DNA from: an uncultured Planctomycetaceae bacterium
GTDB taxonomy: Bacteria; Planctomycetota; Planctomycetia; Planctomycetales; Planctomycetaceae
Reading direction: 5' to 3'
Length of the DNA: 64,000 bases
NCBI GenBank assembly: GCA_963815195.1
Contig: CAWFGE010000013.1
Location: 960,001-1,024,000 of the forward strand
Under the pieces are notes generated by a model, which had not been told where the DNA came from, did no database searches, and was given only the letters and a program-made list of their open reading frames with translations. This document shows, piece after piece, positions 51,667-62,703 of this stretch (position 1 is the first letter of the stretch; each line of letters starts with the position of its first letter). Made by a program: the position numbers and the translations under genes.

Positions 51667-54600
51667 TCACCTGATCGAAATAAAGTCGTTGTGATTGAGC
51701 AGCGCATGCACCAGCCGCGCTCGGATCCGCGCTTCCCGCTCCGGAGCCTTCTGCTGTTTCAACAAGTCGTCCAACCTGGTGCAGAAGTCCAAACACTCCG
51801 CACGCTCGGCGTCGTCCGGCGATCGAGCCAAGAGGGTTTCAAAGGCGAGGTTGATAAACGTCTTGCGGTCGGGCGGGGCGTTTTGTTTGACAATTTCCGC
51901 CGCGATCGCCGCCGACATTTGAATGGCGAGTCCGCTATTGGACAGAGCCAAGGCCTGCTGCGGGACGATGCTTTCGCTCCGGCGGTAGCATTGCAGGTGG
52001 TCCGCATCGTCGAACATCGACAGGAACTTGTCCTCCTGGTCGCGGGAATGTTTGAAGTACAGACTTCGGCGGTTACCCTGCCCCGGTTCGAGCGAAGGCC
52101 CGCCGAGTTTGCGGTCAAGCCGGCCCGCGAGCGTGAGCAAGCTGTCCCGCACGGCCTGGGCTTCCATCCGCCGGGCGTTCATCCGCCAATAAAAATGATT
52201 GTTGGGGTCGGCCGCCAAGGTCGGGGCGTCGGCCCCGGCGGCCCTGGAACTCAAGCGGTAAGCCTCGGACGTGACGATCAGCCGGTGTAGATGCCGAAAA
52301 CTCCAGCCCGATTCGATAAACTCCGCCGCCAGAAAATCCAAAAGCTCCGCATGCTCCGGCCGATCTGCACGCAGGCCAAAGTCGAACACGGATTCGACCA
52401 GCGGCTCCCCGAAATGCCTCATCCACACATGATTCACCGCCACCCGCGCGACGAGCGGATTCTCCCGCGACACCATCCACTTCGCGAGCGCCAACCGCCG
52501 GCCGGTGCTGGTTTCGGGATAGACGACCGGATAATCGGTCTCCTTATGGGCGGGCGTTTCCAAAGCCTTTTTCGCAGCGCGGAGCGAGGTATATTTCCCC
52601 TCGCCCTTTTTGATCGCCTCCAGCTTTTGGTTCGCCTGTTTCAACTTCGCCTCGGCCGCTTTTCGCTTCCCGGCATCCGCTGCGGCAGCGACGATTTCGT
52701 ATTCGGCTTCCGCTTTCAAAGCCAACGCTTCGCACTCCGCGGCTTTTTTCACGAAAGGATCGAGCGCTTCCGCATCGGCTTTGTCGCGGTACTTCGCATT
52801 GTCCGCGGCGAAACTCGCGCGGAGAGATGCCAGCTTCGCTTCCATCGCCTTTAGCTTCGCCTCGGCGAGTTTGAGTTTCGCTTCCGGATTCGCGGGCTTC
52901 CCAGGGCCGGCGGTTTTGGCTTCGGTGAGTTCGACATCTTCGGGCAGCCCGCGAATCGAAACTGCATCAAACGCCACCGTCGCATCAAAGCCCGACAGAG
53001 CCAACCGGCCGCCCGGTTTGCGGTCGGGCAACTGATAAGCAAACAGAAATTCGCCATTGAGCCACGCATTCACCAGCCGATCCCGCACGGCGAATTTCAG
53101 TTCGTACGTTTCGCCGACTTTGATCGGCTTCGCGACCTGGGCACCCGGCGGGTAAGTTTGTTTTCCGTTTCGCGTGTAAGCCACTTGCACCTTCGGCCCT
53201 TTGTCGTAGGCGGAGGTATAAACAAAGTTCGCGTACTGGTTATCGTCCGTCAGATCGAAGCGAAACGTCACGGACTTATAAGTCGTCCCGCCGGTGGTGG
53301 TGTAGTTGCAGACCAACTCAAAATCCCGCGGGTGCGGCTGTTTCAGGCGGAGCATGTTGACATCCCGCGTCGCCTCGGTTTGCAGGAGTTTGCCGTCTTT
53401 ATATTCCCAGCCCTTCCCGACGAGTTCCCAGACCTCGGGGTTCGGTTGGGAAAAATCATCGCGAATTTGGAACGCCCCGGTCTTTTCCGGCGAGGGCTTC
53501 GGTTCGGGTTTTTCCGCGACGGCTTTCGCGAGTTGCTTTTTCGCGGCGGCGACTTCCTGTTTCGCGGCTTCGATGTTGGCGATTGCCGCTTTAAGGTAAT
53601 CTTCCTCGACATAATCTCGAACGCCGGGGGCGTAAGCTTCCACGGGCAGCGGAACCGGTTCGATGTTCGGAGCGAAGCTGGAGAGGATCGCCGGGACGCC
53701 GGGCTTGATCTCCGTGTCCTTGTCGGGATCCTGCGGGTTGCCTTTGCGGTGCAGGTACGTCTTGATTTCCAGATCATCGTCGAACACGCGGGGCAGGCCG
53801 TCTTTTTCCAAATCGACCACGCCCGGCAGCGGATCGAGCCGAACCTGGTGCGGCTCGAAGATCGCGCGGAAGCGGTAATAGTCCTTCTGCGTTACGGGAT
53901 CGTACTTGTGGTCGTGGCATTTCGCGCAGTTGAGCGTCAGTCCCAAGAAGGCTTTGCTCGTGTGCTCGATCGTGCTGTCCAGCCACGTCGTGCGGTTGAA
54001 CAAATAATAGTTCCGCGCCAGAAATCCCGTGGCGCGAATCACCTCGGGATCGTTGGGGGCCAACTCGTCGCCTGCGAGCATTTCCCGGATCATCCGGTCG
54101 TAGCCCTTGTCGGCATTCAGCGATTCCACGATCCAATCCCGCCAATGCCAAAGGTGCTTTTGGCTGTAGCGGAGTTGGGCCCCGAGTCCGTACCAATCGG
54201 AATACCTCCAGACGTCCATCCAATGCCGGCCCCACCGCTCGCCGTGATGCGGGCTTTTGAGAAGCTCGTCGACGATCTCTTCCCACGGGCGGGAATCTTG
54301 GAGCTGGTCGCGCGTGGGCGGCAGGCCGATCAAATCCAGATACAGCCGCCGAAGTAGAATCGACCGCTCCGCCGGCGGTTGGGTTTTGAGGGAATGCTCG
54401 GCCCGCTTGACCCTCAGAAACCCATCGATGGAATCGGCCGCTGTTGGTTTTTCAATCCGCAGAAACGCCCAATGTTGTTGAGGCGCGACGGGAATCTTTT
54501 CCGCCGGGGCGATCGCGCCCTGATCGATCCAGCGTTTAATAAGAGCGATTTCGTCGGGCTTGAGCGCGGTGCCTTCGCCCGCGGGCGGCATGCGTTCGTC

Positions 54601-54873
54601 CGGATTTGTGGAAATCCGCTCCACGATCAAACTTTTTTCGGCATGTTCGGGAACGATGACCGGCCCGCTGGCGCCGCCTTTGAGCATCAAGCTCCGCGTT
54701 TCCAGCCGCAGTTCGGATTCTTGTTTCAAAACGCCGTGGCAGGCGTAGCACTTCTCGGCGAAGAGGGGTTTGATTTGTTTGACGTAATCGATCTGGTCCG
54801 CCGCTGCGAGCGGGCGAACGATCGTCAGCAGCATTCCGCAAACGAGAAACAAAGACAAGAATTCACGAATCAC
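51667..54873 (-). CDS. Planctomycete cytochrome c protein (PSCyt1/DUF1549/DUF1553)
   Basis: CYACH and CAKCHDHK heme motifs; [45 protein letters not shown]. Confidence 0.93.
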   Translation of the reverse strand: MIREFLSLFLVCGMLLTIVRPLAAADQIDYVKQIKPLFAEKCYACHGVLKQESELRLETRSLMLKGGASGPVIVPEHAEKSLIVERISTNPDERMPPAGEGTALKPDEIALIKRWIDQGAIAPAEKIPVAPQQHWAFLRIEKPTAADSIDGFLRVKRAEHSLKTQPPAERSILLRRLYLDLIGLPPTRDQLQDSRPWEEIVDELLKSPHHGERWGRHWMDVWRYSDWYGLGAQLRYSQKHLWHWRDWIVESLNADKGYDRMIREMLAGDELAPNDPEVIRATGFLARNYYLFNRTTWLDSTIEHTSKAFLGLTLNCAKCHDHKYDPVTQKDYYRFRAIFEPHQVRLDPLPGVVDLEKDGLPRVFDDDLEIKTYLHRKGNPQDPDKDTEIKPGVPAILSSFAPNIEPVPLPVEAYAPGVRDYVEEDYLKAAIANIEAAKQEVAAAKKQLAKAVAEKPEPKPSPEKTGAFQIRDDFSQPNPEVWELVGKGWEYKDGKLLQTEATRDVNMLRLKQPHPRDFELVCNYTTTGGTTYKSVTFRFDLTDDNQYANFVYTSAYDKGPKVQVAYTRNGKQTYPPGAQVAKPIKVGETYELKFAVRDRLVNAWLNGEFLFAYQLPDRKPGGRLALSGFDATVAFDAVSIRGLPEDVELTEAKTAGPGKPANPEAKLKLAEAKLKAMEAKLASLRASFAADNAKYRDKADAEALDPFVKKAAECEALALKAEAEYEIVAAAADAGKRKAAEAKLKQANQKLEAIKKGEGKYTSLRAAKKALETPAHKETDYPVVYPETSTGRRLALAKWMVSRENPLVARVAVNHVWMRHFGEPLVESVFDFGLRADRPEHAELLDFLAAEFIESGWSFRHLHRLIVTSEAYRLSSRAAGADAPTLAADPNNHFYWRMNARRMEAQAVRDSLLTLAGRLDRKLGGPSLEPGQGNRRSLYFKHSRDQEDKFLSMFDDADHLQCYRRSESIVPQQALALSNSGLAIQMSAAIAAEIVKQNAPPDRKTFINLAFETLLARSPDDAERAECLDFCTRLDDLLKQQKAPEREARIRARLVHALLNHNDFISIR

Positions 54874-55058
54874 GATCGCTGCCTTCCCGAATGGAAAAGG
54901 GCGGGAATGTCATATCAACAACTTTCAATTCTCGCATGCGAAGCGGTTTCGTTCAAGGACGGTCGCGGCGGCGGGGCGGGACGTTTTGGGTCTAATGTTC
55001 TATACTGGGAAACCGGCGGGGCAATTCACTTTTTTCAGAAAATAAACGCGACAGAACG

Positions 55059-55684
55059 ATGTTTTCAGTCAAGGAAATCTATTACACCCTTCAAGGCGAG
55101 GGGGCGAATGCGGGGCGGGCGGCGGTGTTCTGCCGATTCGCCGGCTGCAACTTGTGGTCGGGCGCGAAGAAGACCGCGGTTCGGCCGTGTGCCAATTCTG
55201 CGACACCGATTTCCTCGGCACGGACGGTCCCGGCGGCGGGCGGTTTGAGTCGGCGGAGTCCCTGGCTCAGGCGATCCAAAACACCTGGCCTGGCGGCGGC
55301 CGGCCGTTTGTCGTCTTCACCGGCGGCGAACCGTTGTTGCAATTGGACGCCGAACTCGTCGCAGCCTTGCATGTGCGCGGGTTTGAAGTCGCCGTCGAAA
55401 CCAACGGCACGATTAATACTTCTCTTCCGATCGACTGGATCTGCGTCAGCCCCAAGGCGAACAGCGAGGCCGTGCTCCGCGACGGGCATGAGTTAAAGCT
55501 GGTTTATCCCCAAGCGGGAGCCGAGCCGGAGCAGTTCGGCGATTGGCGGTTCGAGCATTTCTTCCTGCAGCCGATGGACGGCCCCGACCGCGAGCGAAAC
55601 ACACAGCTCGCCACCGAGTATTGTTTGAAACATCCCCAATGGCGGCTGAGCCTGCAAACGCACAAGCTGCTGGGGATTCCTTAA
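55059..55684 (+). CDS. queE: 7-carboxy-7-deazaguanine synthase (radical SAM; frameshift near 55160)
   Basis: EIYYTLQGEG, RFAGCNLWSGREEDRGSAVCQFCDTDF, TGGEPLLQ, ETNGT, VSPK, WRLSLQTHK. Confidence 0.93.
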
Positions 55685-55743
55685 TCATCGATGTTATGTA
55701 TCCTGGGAATTGTCATTCCAACCCCAAACGAAGGGATCTTAAG

Positions 55744-57120
55744 ATGCGACATCTGCAGTGGCTTTCTGTGTTCGCGTTGATGAGCGGGTTCGCGATCGGT
55801 GAAGCGGCGGCGGCCGAGGACAATGCCGGTTGGAAAGCCGCGGCGGGTGCGGTGGTCATCACGCCGGATTCGTCGATGTGGATGGCCGGTTATGCCGCGC
55901 GGACCAAACCCTCGGAAGGCGCGGCTCAGGATTTGTTCGCCAAGGTGCTGGTTTTGGAGGATGCCCAAAAAAACCGGCTGGCGATGGTGACGCTGGATCT
56001 CATCGGCGTGCCGGGGGGCTTTCGCGAGGATGTGGTCGCGGCTTGCCGGGAGAAGTTCGGGCTCCCGCCGGAATCGATTTTGCTCAACGCCTCGCATACG
56101 CATTGCGGGCCGGAATTGCGGGTGTTCAAGATTCGGCACTACGGCATCGATGCCTCCCGCGAAGCCCAGGCGATCGAATACACCCGCGGCCTCCAACAGA
56201 AAGTCGTCGGGCTCATCGGCCGGACGCTTGCCAAACTGGAGCCGGCCCGCTTGGAATACTCGCACGCCCGCGCGGGCTTCGCCATGAACCGCCGGCTGCC
56301 CACGGAGCGGGGCGTCATCAACAGCCCGCATCCCGACGGCCCGGTCGATCAGGATGTGCCCGTGCTCAAAGTTCTGGGATTAAAGGGCGAACTGCGGGCG
56401 GTGCTGTTCGGTTATGCCTGCCATAACACCACGCTGTCGTTCAACCAGTTCTGCGGCGACTACGCCGGCTATGCCCAGGAGTATCTCGAACAGGCCCATC
56501 CCGGCACGACGTGTTTGTTTCTGATGGGCTGCGGCGGCGATCAGAATCCTTATCCCCGCCGAACTCTGGACCTCGCGAAACAGCACGGCCGGGCCCTCGC
56601 CAATGCCGTCGAAACCGCTTTGGAAGCCCGGCAGCCGCGTCCGATCCACGGCCCTTTGAAGCTTGCCGTCGAGGATGTGACGCTGGAGTTCCAAACGCCG
56701 TCGGCAAAGGACATCGAAGAGCAGGCCGGCTCGAACAACCAATACCAGCGCCGGCACGGCGAGCGGCTCCTCGCGGAGCAAAAAGAAAACGGCCGGATTC
56801 AAACGAAGTTCGACTTCCCCGTGCAGGCGGTGCAGTTCGGCGATGATCTCACGCTGATCGCGCTCCCGGGCGAAGCGGTCGTCGATTATTCTCTGCGGCT
56901 GAAGCGGGAACTCGCGGGCGATTCGCCGGTGTGGGTCGCGGGCTACTCGAACCACGTCTTCGGCTATCTGCCCAGCCTGCGGGTGCTCAAAGAAGGCGGC
57001 TACGAAGGCGGCGGCGCGATGATCTACTCCGCCTACCCCGGCCCGTTCACCGAAACCGTCGAACAGCGAATGATCGACAAAGTCCAAAAGCTCGCCGGGC
57101 AGGTGAGCAAGGGTCGCTAA
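55744..57120 (+). CDS. Neutral/alkaline ceramidase-like exported hydrolase
   Basis: ITP...MAGYAAR, NASHTHCGP, GYACHNT, GCGGDQNP, LPGE, YLPS, GGYEG. Confidence 0.8.
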   Translation: MRHLQWLSVFALMSGFAIGEAAAAEDNAGWKAAAGAVVITPDSSMWMAGYAARTKPSEGAAQDLFAKVLVLEDAQKNRLAMVTLDLIGVPGGFREDVVAACREKFGLPPESILLNASHTHCGPELRVFKIRHYGIDASREAQAIEYTRGLQQKVVGLIGRTLAKLEPARLEYSHARAGFAMNRRLPTERGVINSPHPDGPVDQDVPVLKVLGLKGELRAVLFGYACHNTTLSFNQFCGDYAGYAQEYLEQAHPGTTCLFLMGCGGDQNPYPRRTLDLAKQHGRALANAVETALEARQPRPIHGPLKLAVEDVTLEFQTPSAKDIEEQAGSNNQYQRRHGERLLAEQKENGRIQTKFDFPVQAVQFGDDLTLIALPGEAVVDYSLRLKRELAGDSPVWVAGYSNHVFGYLPSLRVLKEGGYEGGGAMIYSAYPGPFTETVEQRMIDKVQKLAGQVSKGR

Positions 57121-57441
57121 ATCCGAAGCACGAAATCCGAAGTCCGAAACAAATCCAAAATCCGAATGTTTCAAAACAATGGCTCTTCCGGCGAATCGGG
57201 GGCGGGACGGACGCTGATGATCTTTTTGTATGATGATCAACCACGGATTTCACCTCCCCAAGGGGAGGTGAAAGAGCGCGGACAAGAAATTCTTTAACAC
57301 CGTCGCCGTTCCCCCTGATTATCCGGAAGAACCCAAACAATCTCCCGATTCGTAGAACAGAGCCGACCCGCGAGGTTTTGGACATTGGTACTTCGGACAT
57401 TCGAATTTGTTTCGGATTTCGAGATTCGGATTTCGGATTTT
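57119..57441. repeat. Imperfect inverted arrays of heptamer repeats (CGAAATC-like) enclosing ~195 bp
   Basis: 57119-57177 matches the reverse complement of 57375-57441; internal hairpin at 57248-57273. Confidence 0.8.
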
Positions 57442-57479
57442 CCGGCCCGCAATCGCGTGCATATTGATTTTAGATTCGG

Positions 57480-58496
57480 ATGGATTTCTTGAAAGAGAAT
57501 GCTCAAACCTCGGCCACCGTGGGGACCGATCTCAAGCTCGCCGCCGATTTGATCCGGGGCGGGGAACTGGTCGCGTTTCCGACGGAGACGGTGTATGGAT
57601 TGGGAGCCAATGCGCTCGACCCGGTCGCGGTGGCGAAGATCTTTGAGGCCAAAGACCGGCCGCATTTTGATCCTCTGATCGTGCATGTGGGACGTGCTGC
57701 GGATTTGGAAACGCTGGTCGCCGAGATCCCCGACGTTGCGAAAGAACTGGCGGCTCGGTTCTGGCCGGGGCCTTTGACGATGGTGCTGCCGAAGACTTCG
57801 CGGGTTCCCGATCTGGTGACGGCGGGACTGGGGACCGTGGCGGTGCGGGTTCCCGATCATCCGGTAGCGCAAGCCTTGATCCGCGAAGCCGGCGTACCCA
57901 TCGCGGCTCCGAGCGCCAACCGCTTCGGCCGGCTCAGCCCCACGCGGGCGGAGCATGTGCTCGATCAACTCGGCGAAAGGATCGCCTACATCTACGACGG
58001 CGGCCCCTGCCGGGTCGGGGTGGAATCCACCGTGATCGATCTGACCAAAAGCCCGCCGCGCTTATTACGGCCCGGCGGCGTGACGCTCGAAGATTTGAAA
58101 GTGGCGATCGGCGACATTCAATATCCTGGCGCGGCGGTGGACGGCACCCGCGAAACTCCCGCGGCTCCGGGAATGCTCGCGAAACATTACGCCCCGCGGA
58201 CGCGGATTGTCCTCGTCGATTCGTTGGACGAATTGCCGATGGACCGGCAGCGTTGTGCCTTGTTGATGTTCACGCCGATTTTGGAAGCGAACGGCTTCCG
58301 CGCGGTGGAATGTCTCTCGCCGACGGGCGATTTGCGCCAGGCGGCCGCGAATTTTTTCGCGGCGATCCGCCGGTTGGACGACAGCGGGGCGGGTTTGATC
58401 ATTGCGCTGCCGTTCCCGAACGAAGGTTTGGGACTCGCCCTCAACGACCGCCTCCGCCGGGCCGCAAATCGTCCCGAAGAGCCGCGCACGAAGTAA
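57480..58496 (+). CDS. sua5: L-threonylcarbamoyladenylate synthase (Sua5 type)
   Basis: VAFPTETVYGLGA, PLIVHV, FWPGPLT, AAPSAN, GVESTV, PGMLAKHYAP and SUA5 C-domain. Confidence 0.95.
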   Translation: MDFLKENAQTSATVGTDLKLAADLIRGGELVAFPTETVYGLGANALDPVAVAKIFEAKDRPHFDPLIVHVGRAADLETLVAEIPDVAKELAARFWPGPLTMVLPKTSRVPDLVTAGLGTVAVRVPDHPVAQALIREAGVPIAAPSANRFGRLSPTRAEHVLDQLGERIAYIYDGGPCRVGVESTVIDLTKSPPRLLRPGGVTLEDLKVAIGDIQYPGAAVDGTRETPAAPGMLAKHYAPRTRIVLVDSLDELPMDRQRCALLMFTPILEANGFRAVECLSPTGDLRQAAANFFAAIRRLDDSGAGLIIALPFPNEGLGLALNDRLRRAANRPEEPRTK

Positions 58497-58817
58497 CCGG
58501 TCAGTCGAATCCGCTGACTTCGTGGCGGCTCTTTGCAAAGGTCAGAATCCGCTGACTTCGTGCGCGGCTCTTTGCAAAGGAACTCAAACGGTAAGTCGAA
58601 ATTGGAGGGGGGTGGCTGGGCGCAAAGAGATGGTCCAAGGAAAAAAGGGGATTTAGAGCTGGGGCCGTGTGAGATTTTTCTCGCCCGACATAGCCCCAGC
58701 ATTCGCAATTCAAGTCCTATTCAAAGGGGGATTGGCACCCAGCCACCCAAACGCTTACAGTTTGCCAATGGAAAGGTAAGCGGTCATTCGAATCCGCTGA
58801 TTTCGTGCGGCTCTTTG
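58477..58817. repeat. REP-like mosaic (GAGCCGCGCACGAAGT family x4 plus GGGTGGCTGGG inverted pair)
   Basis: Copies at 58477-58500, 58507-58541, 58545-58580 and 58790-58817; IR 58610-58625/58732-58748. Confidence 0.85.
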
Positions 58818-60763
58818 AGTTTTGTATGCGGCGTTCTTCGCGCATTTCAAACAGGAACCGCGACGGATTTGACGCGCGGCGTTTGCCCCATTTGGTGCGG
58901 GCGGCGGCTCGGCTGAGCGTGAGATGATCCATCGCCCGCGTGATGCCCACATAGGCCAACCGGCGTTCCTCCGCGATGGCGGCATCGCCCGCGTCCAAGG
59001 ATCGCTGGTGCGGCAGGAGTCCCTCTTCCATGCCGATCATGTAGACGTGCGGAAACTCCAATCCCTTCGCGCTGTGGAGCGTCATCAAGCGAATGCCCTT
59101 TTCTTTGGACACATCGTCGTTCTTACGATCGTCGTCCTGCCCCGTGAGCGCGGAGTCCTCCAGAAAGCCCAAGAGGGTCGGCTCGGTTTCGCGCTCGGCA
59201 TATTCGCGAATGGCATCGACGCATTGCTCGACCATCGCCGAGCGGATGAGCTGCTGCTGCGGCTCTTTGTATTGCTTTTCGATCTCGCTTTCGTAATCGA
59301 TTTCCTCGATCAAGTCCGCGAAGATCCGGGCCATGTGTTTGGGCTGCTCGTTAAAACGTCCACGATAGCGGTCCAATAGTTGCCGAAACGCATCGAGGGC
59401 CTGAGCCGCTTTGGCGGAGACGTCCCCCGCCGCCGTGGAGTGGGGGATCGTTTCCCAGAGGCTCTTGCGATCATTGACGGCCCGCTTGAGCAGCTTTTCC
59501 GTGGTCGTCGCGCCGATGCCCCGCGCGGGGACGTTGATGATTCGCAGCAGGGAAATCTCATCCTGCGGCTGCGCGATGACTTTGAGATACGCGAGCAGGT
59601 CGCGGATCTCCCGCCGATCGAAAAACGACTGCCCGCCCAGAAGCACATAGGGCACGCGCTTGCGGCGGAGTTCCGATTCGAACACCCGCGGCTGCTCGTT
59701 GGTGCGGTACAAAATCGCGATCTGCTCCGGCGGGACGCTGTGCTTTTGGATCAGCTCGGCGATCTCGCCCACGATGCCTTGGGCTTCGAGCGTTTCATCA
59801 TCGAACACAAAACAGCGAACGTCGCTTTTGGCTCGTTTGTGCGGCCGGAGAACTTTATCGTGCCGGGCCAGGTTATGCTTCACCAGGCGGTTCGCGTATT
59901 CCAAAATGCGGTCGGTGCAGCGGTAGTTGTCTTCCAACCGGACGACCTTGGCCCCGGCGAAGTGGGCTTGGAAATTCAGGATGTGCTCGACCTCCGCCCC
60001 CGCCAACCGTAGATGGACTGGTCGTCATCGCCGACCACGCACAAATTTTGGTGCGGCCGGACCAAAGCTTCCACGAGCGTGAACTGGGCGGCATTGGTGT
60101 CCTGGTACTCGTCGATCTGCACATGATCGAACCGCGCTTGCTGCCGGTCCAAGACTTCGGGCGCTCCTCGAAAAGCTCCTGCGTCAGCGACAACAGATCG
60201 TCAAAATCCACGGCCCCGGAAGCCCTCAGGTTCGCTTGATATTTTCGGTAGGCGACGGCGGCGAGGAAATCCGTATCGGTGTCGGTGTAGTCCTTGGCCT
60301 GGTCCGGAGAGACGCCGGCCATCTTCCAGCGGCTGATGCGGTTGATCAAATCGCCGGGCCGAAGCGCGGTTTCGCCGATGCGGACATCCCGCAGGGCGGT
60401 GCGGGCGGCGGATTCCTGATCGCCGCGGTCGTAAATCACGAAGTTCGGTGGATAGCCGAGCTGCGAGATTTCCTGCCGGAGAATCTTCACGCACAGCGAA
60501 TGAAAGGTGGAGATCATCGGCTTTTGTTTGAGCCGGCGTCCCAGGAGGGCCCGCGTGCGTTCCTGCATTTCGCGGGCGGCTTTGTTGGTGAAGGTGACGG
60601 AGAGGATGCGATCCGGGGCGATGCCGTTCCGGATCAGCTCTGCCATGCGGTAGGTGATCACGCGCGTCTTTCCGGTGCCGGCCCCGGCCAGGACCAGAAG
60701 CGGCCCGGAGAGCGTCAAAACGGCTTCGCGCTGCGGCGGATTGAGTTCAGCCAAATGCTGCAT
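58717..60763 (-). CDS. uvrD: UvrD/Rep/PcrA ATP-dependent DNA helicase (frameshifts ~60165 and ~60005)
   Basis: [61 protein letters not shown]. Confidence 0.92.
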
Positions 60764-60785
60764 GGGGGATGCGAAGCCAGGGACA

Positions 60786-61685
60786 TCAAGTGGGAGTCGT
60801 GCGGGGGGAGCCGGGGTTCAGGCGGTCGTAGGCGGAGTTTAGCACATCGAGCATTTTGGTCATGCTTTGCCAGCGGTCGTCGGGGCGCGTGGCCAGTCCC
60901 CGCATGATGATGTCGGCAACCTCGTCATCGATGCCTTGGGCATGGCCGCGAATGTCCTCGGGCGGCTGATTGACCCGCTGCATCACCGCGTCCGACGCCG
61001 CACTCTCCCACGGAAACCGCCGCGTCCACATTTCGTAGCAGGTGACGGAGAAGGAATAGATATCGATCCGCTGATCGGTGGGCTGGCGGCGGACGAGTTC
61101 GGGGGCCATGTAGTTCGCCGTGCCCGTGCGGTTGCCGGGCTTGCGAAAGTCCGGCGTGTTCGGGACCACCAGGCCGAAGTCGATCAGCTTGATCTGGTTT
61201 TCGTCCTTGGAGACCAACACGTTCCGCGGGCAGATGTCGCGGTGGATCCAGTTCTGCCGATGAAAATAATTCACCCCTTCGCCGAGTTCGATCATCAGCC
61301 GGAGCCGGTGCTTTTGCATGGTGTCGTTCTGCGTGTCGACCAGATAGCTAAGGCTCACCCCATCGACGAATTCCATCACGAGAAACTGCTCGCGGTCCAT
61401 CGTGTGGCCGTGCTCGTAGGTTTGCACGATGTGCGGATGGTGCAACTGCACCGCGATTTCGCCTTCGGTGGGCTTATTGAGGCCTTTGAAACGTTCTTCG
61501 AGCTTTTGGGTTTTTCCCTTGTCGAGGACTTTGAGGGCCACCGTGCGGCCGGTGTTGGTGTCGGTGGCCCGCCAGACTTTCGACATGCTGCCCTGTCCCA
61601 CGCGGTTGTGGAGCAGAAACCGCTTGGTGATGTCGGCGCGTTTGATGCGAGGCTTGCCGCTGAACAGGTTTTTCAAGAAGTTCAT
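60786..61685 (-). CDS. Hanks-type protein kinase with atypical catalytic loop
   Basis: VGQGSMSKV, VALK, HRDICPRN, DFG, GTANYMAPE, DIYS. Confidence 0.92.
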   Translation of the reverse strand: MNFLKNLFSGKPRIKRADITKRFLLHNRVGQGSMSKVWRATDTNTGRTVALKVLDKGKTQKLEERFKGLNKPTEGEIAVQLHHPHIVQTYEHGHTMDREQFLVMEFVDGVSLSYLVDTQNDTMQKHRLRLMIELGEGVNYFHRQNWIHRDICPRNVLVSKDENQIKLIDFGLVVPNTPDFRKPGNRTGTANYMAPELVRRQPTDQRIDIYSFSVTCYEMWTRRFPWESAASDAVMQRVNQPPEDIRGHAQGIDDEVADIIMRGLATRPDDRWQSMTKMLDVLNSAYDRLNPGSPRTTPT

Positions 61686-61848
61686 CCGAATGGTCCTGCG
61701 AGCGAAAATCACCGCCTGTGCCCAGGAGGCGATGATTGGAAAGACGGGATAGTGAGGTCGGTCCATTCCATTGTAAATGACGGAAAACTTTTCGCCAGCG
61801 CGTGGCTCTCCGCCCTTGGCTCTCCCTTCTCCCCGCTTGGCTCCCGGC

Positions 61849-62703
61849 CTACTGTCCGCAGTAGTCGATGATCCGCGCCAATTCGCTGCGGAGATGAGCC
61901 CGGTGGACGATGCGGTCCACAAAACCGTGGGCCATCAGGAATTCGCTCCGCTGAAAGCCCGGCGGCAGCTCGATCTTGACCGTGGCTTCCACGACCCGCG
62001 GGCCGGCGAACCCGACGAGGGCTTTGGGCTCGGCGATGATGACGTCGCCCAGCGACGCGAAGCTCGCGGCCACGCCGCCCATCGTGGGGTTGGTCAACAC
62101 GGAAATGAACAGCCCGCCGCCCTCGTGAAACCGCGCGAGGGCCGCGGAGACTTTGCCCATTTGCATGAGCGACAAAATGCCCTCGTGCATCCGCGCCCCG
62201 CCGCCGGAGCCGCTGACGATCACCAGAGGCAGCTTGCGTTTGGTGGCGTTTTCGATGGCCCGCGTGAGCTTTTCACCCACGACCGAACCCATGCTGCCCA
62301 TGATGAAGGCCGAGTCCGTCGTGCCGAAGACGAGCGGACGCCCCCGCAGGTAGCCCCGCCCGACGATGCAGGCTTCGCGAAGCCCCGTTTTTGTCTGCTC
62401 CGCCTTGAGGCGGTCTTTGTAGGGCTTTTTGTCGGCGAACTCCAAGGGGTCGGCCGGAGCGAGATCCGCGAACCATTCCTCGAAGCTGTCTTCGTCCAAG
62501 AGCTGGGCGATCCGCGTCGGGGACGAGACGTAAAAGTGATGATCGCATTCCGGGCACACGCCGAGGTTCCGTTCGACGTGTTTGCGGACGACCGTGGCTT
62601 CGCAGCCGTCGCAGCGGATCCACAGCCCTTCGGGCACGCCGCGCTTCGCCGGCCTCGCGGAACCGGCCGCCGATTCCTGATTCGATTGCGGCACCGTGCT
62701 CAT
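61849..62703 (-). CDS. accD: Acetyl-CoA carboxylase carboxyltransferase beta subunit
   Basis: GLWIRCDGC...CPEC zinc ribbon, [38 protein letters not shown]. Confidence 0.97.
   Translation of the reverse strand: MSTVPQSNQESAAGSARPAKRGVPEGLWIRCDGCEATVVRKHVERNLGVCPECDHHFYVSSPTRIAQLLDEDSFEEWFADLAPADPLEFADKKPYKDRLKAEQTKTGLREACIVGRGYLRGRPLVFGTTDSAFIMGSMGSVVGEKLTRAIENATKRKLPLVIVSGSGGGARMHEGILSLMQMGKVSAALARFHEGGGLFISVLTNPTMGGVAASFASLGDVIIAEPKALVGFAGPRVVEATVKIELPPGFQRSEFLMAHGFVDRIVHRAHLRSELARIIDYCGQ

Noticed and set aside
55059..55684. queE as part of a Dpd (7-deazaguanine DNA modification) defence island
   Set aside because: No dpdA/tgtA5 or other dpd genes nearby; flanking genes are ordinary.
58507..58580. 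35-36-bp tandem repeats as a CRISPR array
   Set aside because: The spacer is only about 3 nt, and the same unit occurs inverted here and at 30728-30797.
1240..60170. Frameshifts in at least 12 genes as pseudogenes or programmed frameshifting
   Set aside because: They are scattered single-base shifts affecting conserved genes (uvrD, queE, hpnD, tolC), with otherwise intact motifs and no evident slippery-site pattern. Uncorrected long-read indels are the simplest explanation; read polishing would settle it.
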